The notes under the pieces were generated by a model. It ran no database searches, was not told where the DNA came from, and saw only the letters and a program-made list of their open reading frames with translations. This document shows positions 23,187 through 35,330 of a DNA stretch of 64,000 nt, one piece after another; the first letter of the stretch is position 1; the number at the start of each line of letters is the position of its first letter. Source of the DNA: Octopus sinensis (Eukaryota); NCBI RefSeq assembly GCF_006345805.1, contig NC_043009.1:31868001-31932000 (forward strand). The letters run 5' to 3'. Made by a program: the position numbers and the translations under genes.

Positions 23187-24549
23187 TACTTCTTGGACAT
23201 TACCCTCAATCTGCAGAATAACTCATACTTCCCTTATCATAAACCTTCCACTAATCTTAAGCATATCAGCATTTTCAGTAATCATGCCAAGCCAATTACC
23301 GATAATTTAGTTAAAAACATATCTCTGAGACTGTCCAAATTATCTGCTAATGTCGACATCTTTAACCAAAAGGCAGACTTCTATAACGCCGCCTTGTCAA
23401 GAGCCGGTTATAAGGAGAAAGTGTCATACATCGATCCAGCTCATTCTAAACCAACATCTGCTTCTCCAGATAGTAAAGATACTCGTAATAGGAATAATGA
23501 TTTCAATTCTAATAGTGCCAGCAACTCTGTACATAAAATAAATTCTTTACGGACTAGGGGAGGTAAGAGCCATGCAACCCCAAATTTCCAACCCAGAAAT
23601 TTTCCCCTTACTATCACAAACAACACTAAGAACAATTGAAAGGCCACAAAAAACTGTATCTGGTTTGTAATACCTTTCGGAAAACAAATTAAATCGAACC
23701 TTCCCTTACAGTTCCGTGAAGCCGTTGCTAGTAACTTTCCCAGAAATTCTAGATATCATTCTATTATCAATTCCCACAAGGTCAGAATAGATTTCTCTAG
23801 CACTAGGAATCTTTCTCAAATTATATCTTCCCACAATACCAAGCTGCTAAACAAAGATTCTTCACCCGAGAATTCCAACGCTAATCTTGCTAATTCCAAC
23901 CCATCATTCCAATAGGAATAGTAATAATAGTAACAGCATTAGTAGCAGCGAAAGTGTTAACAATGATAATATTAATAATAGTATTAGTCGTGTTAATAAC
24001 AATGGTAGTGTTGATGGTAACAACAATAACGGTATTATTGTCGGTGGTATTGCTGGTTATAATACCATTAATAATACTAATAATAATAGAAATAGTGTAG
24101 TTGTTAGCGCTAATAATAATAGTAACAACAATCATAACAATAAAAACTTCGTCTCGAACAGAATTAAATTTTTGTCTAGTAATTCTAAGATTAAGAATTC
24201 CATTTACCAGTGTATAATTTCTTCCGGTACCGATGTCTTCTTCTATATAGGAGCGTCCACTTCACAGTTATCCAAGAGAATTTCAAACCACTATTCAACA
24301 TTCAGGGATAGGAAAAAACGACATAGTACAGTGCTAAGTAAATTAGTTTGGCGTCTTAAAGACAACAATATAATTTTCAAGTTAGATTGGTTCATATTAT
24401 CTGTATCCTTTCCTTTTGATAAGGGCAGGAGATTTTGTAACATTTGTAACTCTGAACTCTTCCATATTCTTTTCGCCAAGGTTCCCCGAGTAAGCAGACT
24501 CATAGAAAAATCGTACAAATGTAAACACACTTTCTACTCATATAAATGA
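23187..24549 (+). mobile_element. Penelope-like element ORF remnant, 5'-truncated: RT C-terminal/thumb region plus GIY-YIG endonuclease; one in-frame TGA (23637-23639) and one frameshift (~23890-23910)
   Basis: Translates YFLDITLNLQNNSYFPYHKPSTN...SNHAKPI...ISLRLSKLSANVDIFNQKADFYNAALSRAGY, then CIWFVIPFGKQIKSN...IISSHNTKLL, then SIYQCIISSGTDVFFYIGA...KRISNHYSTF...STVLSKLVWRLKD...DWFIL...CNICNSE...CKH; all typical PLE motifs. Confidence 0.93.
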
Positions 24550-24980
24550 TAACGATAGTCACTGTGGTTTGAACAATTAGCTTCACGTCCACCCCACTGC
24601 TATAGAGAAATTCTTTCCTAAGCCTTCGAACATTCTTTCAATCAACGTACCCTTCCCTCTCCACTTGTCCCCTACCTATTATTCCTTTATACCTTCCCTT
24701 CCTACTATCTATCTTTGACGTCTGTCTCTTTCTCACACAGAGACACAAATGCAGTTATACATACACACACACAAACACACGCACACACTCACACATTTCC
24801 ATACATACAGCAAACATACTGTTCCCTACCTATTATTACTTTATCCCTTCTCTTCCTCCTACTATCTATTTTTGACGTCAATTCTTCTAACGGATTTAAA
24901 AAAAAACACACTCATTATCGCTTTGTTTACCATGTAGGCAATCATCGAAATTTTTGTTTGTCTTGTTGTCGAGAGAGGCT

Positions 24981-25074
24981 CCCTTTCTTTCCTGATGAGA
25001 AGATTGCCCAATGCACGGTTTATTCCTTTAGAATGAAAATATGCTGTCTTCGAAACATGTGTCGAGAGTAAAGG
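24981..25074 (+). ncRNA. Type I hammerhead ribozyme at the 3' end (pLTR) of the Penelope-like element
   Basis: CTGATGA 24992-24998; stem II gaaga/tcttc; GAAA 25052-25055; C-ATGT-GTC (cleavage after 25063); stem I cctttctttc/gagag(t)aaagg. Confidence 0.85.
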
Positions 25075-25117
25075 AATTTTGTTAACATCTTCGTTCGACT
25101 CCATTCTTTCATTTATT

Positions 25118-25169
<52 letters not shown>

Positions 25170-25382
25170 AGCATAGTTATTAATCTTTGTTAGGTTTCTC
25201 TTTATATTTATTACGGAATTCCCCCTCTGATAAACTAAACAAAGAATTATTTTGTTAGTTACTCTTAACATTTTTTATATCAATAACTTTAAATAAAAGA
25301 GAGGAGTTGTTATATATTACAAATATAATAGTATATTATCATTTAACTTTATTTACATGTTTTATTACAGTCTCTAGATTAA

Positions 25383-25860
25383 GTAAGACCCCGATACTTG
25401 TATACCTATATATTGTTGTTGTGAGTTATTATGATAACCAAAGATTGTCTTCGACCTCAACGAATTTGGATCAATATTTTTTTTAAGATATATAGAAATA
25501 TATTTCGATAGTTGTAGATTCTATTTACTAAATTATTTTGTTGTTTTTTAATTGTAATTTCTGTGTAGCTGAAAATTTAACACACACACTCATAATACAT
25601 AGGTATTTGAATTAACGTTTTTACAAACCAGCTGTCCTTTCACACGGAATTTCATCTATCTTTAAACAAAAGCTCTGATGAGACTTATAACTGAATTGAA
25701 TTGTTTATAAATTCAATAATGTATATAAGTCAAAACAAATTGTTGGCTCTTTTGGTACTTCAGTGATTTTTTTTGTTATCTTACATTATATTATATTCAT
25801 AGTATATATGTTATATTATAATATAAATAAATTATTTGAATGTCAGCTGAATCTCTCTCT
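25383..25860 (+). mobile_element. ~480-bp AT-rich dispersed repeat carrying a hammerhead
   Basis: Collinear with 44875-45365 (gtaagaccc..gatactt, aagattgtcttcgacct, ccagctgtcctttcaca). Confidence 0.8.
25667..25753 (+). ncRNA. Hammerhead, G12A mutant, in a ~480-bp dispersed repeat
   Basis: aaaagct CTGATGA gacttata...tataagtc AAAA C aaatt GTT ggct(c)tttt; 8-bp stem II. Confidence 0.7.
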
Positions 25861-25886
25861 ATTTAATTTATCATTTATATATATAC

Positions 25887-25927
<41 letters not shown>

Positions 25928-26110
25928 CATACATACATGCATATATACATACATATATATTACATACACACACACACATGTACTTTAGTATAAAAACTAC
26001 AAAAACATCACAATGTAGCTTTATTAATAAAGCATACTACTCTACCTCCGGTATTCGAGTACTCTTTTTTCCACCTTGTTTCACGTTTATGTGCTTACTC
26101 TGGTATATAT

Positions 26111-26182
<72 letters not shown>

Positions 26183-26189
26183 TTAATGT

Positions 26190-26589
26190 AGGATAACATT
26201 TTTACGAAAAAAAAATTTATAAATGGCCAGCATATTAAAAAATACCTTTAAAGGTTAAAATTATAAACAACTTATAAATAAGGGAAAGCGAAAAAATTTC
26301 TAATGCCATATATGCCGAAATTGAACATATTGTCCATAGCTATATAATTTTTCACAATACGTACGCTACTCGAAAAAAAGCCGACAGAAATTTCCCAAAA
26401 ATTCCATTATTACCATATCGGACCGATTTCAGGGTTAGTTCGTAAGAACCCTCCCTTCGTCAGTTATTCTGTCTGCTTTTTTCGAGTAGCGTGCGTATTG
26501 TGAAAAATTATATGGTTATGGGCAATATGTTCAATTTCGGCATATTTGGCATTAGAAATTTTTTTGCTTGCCGTTATTTATAAGTTAAG

Positions 26590-26590
<1 letters not shown>
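26190..26590. mobile_element. Fold-back element between (TA)n tracts, ~120-bp arms, antisense hammerhead in spacer
   Basis: 26269-26389 is the reverse complement of 26467-26586; related copy ~33530-33880. Confidence 0.85.
26415..26463 (-). ncRNA. Hammerhead with intact core but stem I 5' strand lost at a fold-back junction
   Basis: Minus: CTGACGA aggg...ccct GAAA TCG GTC cgatat. Confidence 0.72.
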
Positions 26591-26622
<32 letters not shown>

Positions 26623-26959
26623 TATATTATATATTATATATATATATATATATTATATATATATATACATATAAGTGCGTTCGGAGAAATGTATTATCCA
26701 GGTGAATACTGTATTAGCTCTCAGCAAAGTTCCAGTTCGTGATTAGCCACAGCAACGAGTATCTAAGGTTGAGGCACTAGGTCACTCCGGTATTATCCAC
26801 ACACCTCAAAGTAAGGTGAATTAAAACAAAATAAGTAACAGGATGTCAAGTATTAATGCAATATGACCGTTTCAGGTGGGTCTATTTAATTGAACAATGC
26901 AAGCATTACATCAATTTAAATGCAGTGCTATCTTCAGTTTCAATAAACTTGGAATTTTA

Positions 26960-27015
<56 letters not shown>

Positions 27016-27102
27016 ATATATATATATATATATGTGTGTGTGGTGTGTGTGTGTGTGTATAGATTGAATTCAACACACTCACATATTATACATAATATAT
27101 AT

Positions 27103-27141
<39 letters not shown>

Positions 27142-27732
27142 CATAGCTTTTAAATTATTGCTTATTATATCCACTCAACAGACAGTGCCTGATTTCAGCT
27201 TAGGCTTTTTGTTGTCAGCACTTACCCAAGGTATTGCATAGGAAAATTGAACTGGGAACCACTTAGTTGGGAAGTGAACTTCTTAACAAATCAGCCATAT
27301 ATGGATATCTACTGCACAGGTTACATACATACATACTTATATATACACATATCTTTATTTATATTTTATCATTTTACTTAGGCATAGAAATAATAACCTA
27401 ATGTAGAGTTCTGTGTACATATGATTCAGAAGACACCATCAGTTGAGTACAGAGCAGTAATAAGACATTTAAGTGACATGGCAATAGGAAATTGTGCTAG
27501 GAACTTCATCAGCTTACAGCGGTTTCTGTTATAAGATGCAATGCACACATAGTTATATGTGTACTTGTGCGTGAGCAGAAAGACAGATAGATAAATAGAT
27601 ATAGAAACCAGTATAGATAGATAGATAGACAGATAGATAGCTAGACAGATAGATAAATAGATATAGAAACCAGCATATAGATATAAGTATATTTGAATAT
27701 ATATATATGCATACAGATGTATGTGCCTATGC

Positions 27733-27799
<67 letters not shown>

Positions 27800-29056
27800 C
27801 ATGTACGTGTATGAATGTATGTACATACGTATGTGTATTTATGAATGTGTCTATGCTAATATATATATGTATTGATATGTATGCGTGTACATATGCATGT
27901 TGATATAGGTATCTAAATATACGTATTCCTTTAATTTTGAAGAGTATGGATTCCATTTACAATATTAATTAATCTTAACGAGAAACTTCAGAAAACACAC
28001 ACACATACACACATACATGCATATAAACAAACTACAATAATTATCAAAACTACAAAAAATAAAACGAATATATAAAACATAATTATTTGTCAGTTTAACT
28101 TTACTAAATAAAGACTTGAATAAAGCAATAACTAATTTAAAATGCTCGTTCCATGGAGACATAATTAGAATCCAAAGATTAGCAATTTGCAATATTTGAA
28201 AATCGAATCAGTTCTTGTTTTTTCTTATAGAATTATTTTCCTAATTTTAGAATTATATTTGTTTCTTTTATATCCTATTTGTTTTATTGAATATCATACA
28301 AATAATTTAAATTTATTTTTTGTTTTCTCTCTCTCTCTCTCTCTCTCTCAACTTTTCCTCTACATATATCAATGTGTTTGTTCTAAGTTTTCGTATGTGT
28401 GTTTCTCATAAATATGGCGTTTATATTTGCATTTGTTTATTTGATATTTTATTTTATTTTTAATATTGTAGCTTGATTTTGTTTGCTAATTATTAGGAAA
28501 TTGTTTTGAGTTTGTCAGTATTATTATATTTTTTCTCACTGTTTTATCTTCAGTTATGTATATATATATGTACGCATGTGTATATATGTATATATGCACA
28601 CACACACATATTTGTAAATCCAAAAATATATAATTATATACTTGTATATATATATAATTTGTATGCATATATAATATTTATGATATATACATAAATGTAC
28701 ATATATATATATAATATATATTATACAGCATATACATCATATATACACAAATATTTATATATGGGTGTAGAAATACATGCATAGATGTATATACATATGT
28801 ATGTTTATATATATATATATATTTATTATATATATATATATGTACACACACATATTATATATATATATACACATATAGTATATATGATATATATATATAT
28901 TAATTAATTAATAAACCACAATACAAAGCTTTTAGATAATTTGAAATGTTATATAAGGTAAACCTTTTTGATAAAAATTCAATTTAACCTCTCCGGGAAA
29001 AGTAAACAAAAGATGCTATACCACAAATTTTTGTCTCTCTGTAGACATAGGATAAG

Positions 29057-29113
29057 GGGTTGCTCTGACTAGTTTCTTGTCTACTTAGACCTTCATCAGA
29101 GATAGGATACCCA
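29057..29113 (-). ncRNA. Minimal hammerhead, intact core
   Basis: Minus: gggt..tct CTGATGA ag gtct aagt agac aa GAAA CTA GTC aga..accc; palindromic ACTAGT stem III. Confidence 0.72.
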
Positions 29114-29752
29114 TGCTCAATCCGTGGAGTTATAGCTTATTTTTAGTAAATATAAACTCTGAAACATTTAATCTTGTTTGTCTAATTTGTGTAATCCTGT
29201 ATGAACTGACAGTATAGTTGGTTAATTAATTAATTAATTAATTGTGTAAGAGATACACTTTCAGTAATTGAAAATGTTATGTGTTTTACGTTTTTGTCTT
29301 TGCCTTTATTTCTTCCATGTTTTATAAGCTCCGTGGTACAAAGCTCAAAGTATTTTAATCATTCCTGAAATAATCTCAGTTAATGATAGATTTTGTAAAG
29401 ATATGTGTGTATTTGTTTGTGTGCGGTGAAATGTTTGTTTCTCAACCACGTGGTTCTGGGTTCAGTTTCACTGTATGGTACCTTAGATAAGTGCCTTCTG
29501 CTAAAGCCCCTGGCAAATTAAAACCTTGTGAGTAGATTTGGCGACTGGAAACCGAAAGAAACCCATTGTATGTACATACACACATACATATACAGATATA
29601 TATTTATATATACACACATATATATCAGTTCAAACTGATATTGCTTGAAATAAGAATTAAAGACTTTTAATACTGTGAGACATGAACAATATATATATAT
29701 ACAAACAGGGGAGGTAATCACTCTGTGATCGTCTCTAGAATCACTAGACTAA

Positions 29753-29793
29753 ACTAGACTAGTTTCACCAATTTCATAGACATCATCAGTAGT
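29753..29793 (-). ncRNA. Minimal hammerhead, intact core, weak stem II
   Basis: Minus: acta CTGATGA tgtctatgaaattggt GAAA CTA GTC tagt. Confidence 0.62.
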
Positions 29794-29808
29794 GACTATA
29801 TATTTATT

Positions 29809-29847
<39 letters not shown>

Positions 29848-30424
29848 CCAGGTAATCATTTACTTCCTCTAGAGCAAGATACCCCTTTCTGCCTCTCTAT
29901 TTCTCTGTCACCCTCTAATCATTCATCATCTGACACAAGATCTCTTCCTCCAATGCTCCCACCTTTCTCAAAATTCCTTGTTTTGCAAGTTACTTGGCGA
30001 CCCTGCCAGTGCTGGTGCCATGTAAAAAGTATCCAGTCCACACCGTAAAGTAGTAGATTTGGTGACTGGAAGCCGAAAGAAGCCCATTGTATATACATAC
30101 ACACATACATATATACATATATAGATATATATTTATATATACACACATATATATTAGTTCAAACTGATATTGCTTGAAATAAGAGTTAAAGACTCTTAAT
30201 ACTGTTAAAAAACATCCACCTGTAAAAATCCTGCCAAAACTGACCTCACCTCTGTTGGTGCCACATAAAAAGCACTCTGTCCACTCTGTGGAGTGGTTGG
30301 TGTCAGGAAGAGATTCCAGCCATAAAAACCATACCAAAACAGCTCGGTAGCCTGCGGTAGTCTTCTAACTGACCAGCTCCTATCAACTGTCCTACCCATG
30401 CATGCATGAAAGACGGACATTAAA

Positions 30425-30493
<69 letters not shown>

Positions 30494-30527
30494 ATATATA
30501 TATATTATATATGTGTATATACATATG

Positions 30528-30595
<68 letters not shown>

Positions 30596-30624
30596 AAGAA
30601 AGAGAGAGAGATACTTATAGTCTT

Positions 30625-31050
30625 TCTTTTATTCTTTTTCTTGTTTCAGTCATTTAACTGCGGACATGCTAGAACACTATCTTTAGTCGAGCAAATCAAC
30701 CCTTATTTTTTGTAAGCCTAGTACTTATTCTATCGGCCTATTTTGTCGAACTACTAAGTTACAGGTACATAAACGCACCGACATCAATTGTCAAACGATG
30801 GTATAGGAACAAACACAGACACAAACATATACATACAAATGCACACACAGGCACACACACACACACTCGCATGTACACGCACGCACGCACATACTCACAC
30901 ACATATATACGACGGGCTTCTTTCAGTTTCCATCTACCATATCCACTCACAAGGCTTTGGGCAGCCCGAGGCTATAGTAGAAGACATTTGCCCAAGGTGT
31001 CACGCAGTGGGACTGAACTCGGAACCATGTGGTTGGTAAGCAAGCTACTT
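30625..31050 (-). mobile_element. SINE family A
   Basis: Reverse complement of consensus. Confidence 0.88.
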
Positions 31051-31244
31051 TATTTCATTATATTTGCCATAAAGGCAGTACATAGAGTAGTAGCTTTGCG
31101 GGCTGGACAAGGACATTAATGAAATGAATGATAACGAAGCAAAGATGATAAGGATGGGAGAAGACAAAAAGCGCCCGCCGACTTTTGCTTCTCTAACCAC
31201 ACAAGCTACTTACCATACATCCACTCCCACATCGCTCTCTCTCT

Positions 31245-31285
<41 letters not shown>

Positions 31286-31300
31286 ATATATATATATATA

Positions 31301-31470
31301 TATCTGTAAATGTGACAATTATTCAGTGACCATGATAAAACTCCAAGTTTCAGATGCCTGGGTGGAAACTCGGAGTTTTAACATGGCTACCGAATAATTG
31401 TCACATTACATTTACAGATAAATTCCTCTATTTGCATAATATCGAGTCTCTTTCATTCTTTTGTTGTCTT
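31301..31470. mobile_element. Fold-back repeat with the 3' half of a hammerhead; related copy ~58085-58270
   Basis: Arms 31301-31344 / 31372-31420 and 58156-58179 / 58247-58270; shared ggctaccgaataattgtcaca. Confidence 0.7.
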
Positions 31471-31511
31471 ACCATTTTTATCAGTATATATATATATACA
31501 CACACGCACAC

Positions 31512-31589
<78 letters not shown>

Positions 31590-32071
31590 CACACAATATA
31601 TACATGTCTATCTTTTTATATCTGTATTTCGTATTTTGATTCTATTAATGGTTTTTTTGTTTTGTCTGTAAACTGTTGAAAAGAGACACTGCTTTTGGTA
31701 TGCATTCTCACCCTGAAATGACAGTAGGATCTAACAAAGACCTTAAGCAATCACCTGAAGAGGTGCAGTTTACACCTTGGAGAGATGATAATGATTGCAC
31801 AACATCTCACCAATATATTATGGGCGTAAAAATTCGTCAAAACAATTGTAGTCATTTTGAATAAAGATTGTCATTCATTCCATTTTCTACCATTTATCGC
31901 TTCATATAAATTCTATGGATACTATGGATACTATGGAATTCCTGATGTAAATCTAGTAGCAGGATCATTTCCATTGTGTGATGACATCAGGTAGCCAATA
32001 ACTGTGGATGTGCTTTGCAGAGCATTAATACAAAGATTTTATGTGAATTTAAACAATGCATACACACACTC

Positions 32072-32102
<31 letters not shown>

Positions 32103-32499
32103 TAGGGTAATACATGATAAAAGGTGGGAAGAAGTGTAATTTGTCCACTTTCATTTACTCATTTCCACTAATTTCTGATTGTGCGTATCTTCCAAAGTAA
32201 TTCCAATCTGAAATACTTTAAAGGTTCTGAAGAGAATGGTTTGGTAGATGACTGTTCCATAAATCTGCTGATTAATTGATCAATTAATGCATCAATTAAA
32301 CATGCAAAGCGCAGTGTCTAATAAATACAACTCACTGAATCATCTGAATCGCAGGTAAACAAGCAAAGTATTGTATTCTTAAATCTTTATTTCATTAAGG
32401 ATATCCTCTGTGATCAATATACCAAAATTACTAATTGGTAATGAACAATTTGCACCTGTCACATGGTATAATTAACTTGTATGGATTGTTATTATCTTT

Positions 32500-32715
32500 A
32501 TTGGACATCCTATTCTTCATCTTCTTCTACACCATTCATGGACGTCAACTTGAGAGCATGGTATATTTTTCATTGCAGTTCTCATGGCTATGGTCTTCGT
32601 CCAGCTGCATAGATTTCGCCTGTCCATTGCTGCAATGTTTTAACGAGGGACCACTTGTATGAATGGTCATGGGAAACCAATGAGTTCATCTGTCCGTTGA
32701 GTGGTCTCCTCACAT
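32500..32715 (-). mobile_element. Possible RTE 3' end remnant
   Basis: Weak RTE-like translation ending in a GAAGAAGATGAAGAA tail. Confidence 0.3.
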
Positions 32716-32883
32716 AACAAACCAGGTGGGGAATTACACAAAAGACACTGATAAAATATATACCAGGCTTACATTGAATAAGTCCAGGAGTTGATTTTTT
32801 TCAACTAAAGGCGGTGCTCCAGCATGGGCTCAGTCAAATGACTGAAACAAGTAAAAGGAAAAATATATATATATATATATATA

Positions 32884-34520
<1,637 letters not shown>

Positions 34521-34973
34521 ATCATTTTTAGGTTATCTCTATAGATCTTCTGTCAAACTTACAGCCAACACTGTAGAGGGCAGACGTTAAATTCTATAGA
34601 AAATCTTTAGACACAACTTAAAAGTGCTTGTATCAGACTGTCAACGCAAAAGTAGGACACAATATTTTCTTATGAAACTTTAATAAACTTGGTAGTTTAT
34701 AATGATTACAAAACGAAATACTATGTCCTGACCAGCAATTTATATTAATTAGAATTATGAAATTAGAATACGTATAGATCACTTGTATGAACTGAATGGC
34801 GAAAAAATTCATACACATACAAATATTATATATAGTTGCAGGAGTGGCTGTGTGGTAAATAGCTTGCTTACCAACCTCATGGTTCCAGGTTCAATCCCAC
34901 GGCATGGCACCTTAGGCTGCAGTCAAATGACTAAAACAAGTAAAAGAATAAAACAGCACACAAAGTTTAAATG

Positions 34974-35330
34974 TGCACGGCTCAGTGGTTAGAGCTCCGG
35001 GCTCACAATTGTGAGGTTGTGAGTTCAATTCCCAAACTGGGCTGTGTGTTTTGTTCTTGAGCAAGACACTTTATTTCACGTTACTCCAGTTCACTCAGCT
35101 GTAGAAAGGAGTTGTGATGTCACTGGTGCCAAGCGGCATCGGACCCTTTGCCTTTCCGTTTTAATAACATTGGTGGCGTGGCAAGGAGAGGCTGGTATGC
35201 ATAGGCGACTGCTGGTCTTCCATAGAACAACCTTGTCTGGACTTGTGCTTTGGAAGGGAACTTCCAAGGTGCAATCCCATGGTCATTCATTGACTGAATG
35301 GGGTCTCTTATATAATCATATATTAACTTG
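34974..35330 (+). mobile_element. SINE family D (tRNA head ggctcagtggttagag..gagttcaattccc, CORE-like cttgagcaagacact); fragment on minus at ~22685-22830
   Basis: A/B boxes and CORE-like motif. Confidence 0.75.

Noticed and set aside
26865-26945. Minus-strand CTGAAGA...GAAA CG GTC
   Set aside because: No stem I and a poor stem II; at best a heavily decayed relic.
31750-31795. CTGAAGA ggtg cagttta cacc followed by GGAGA
   Set aside because: GAAA and NUH are missing.
32161-32210. Possible minus-strand 49-nt exon (tttcag|..WNYFGRYAQSEISGN..|gtaaat)
   Set aside because: Plausible splice signals only; unrecognised and unsupported.
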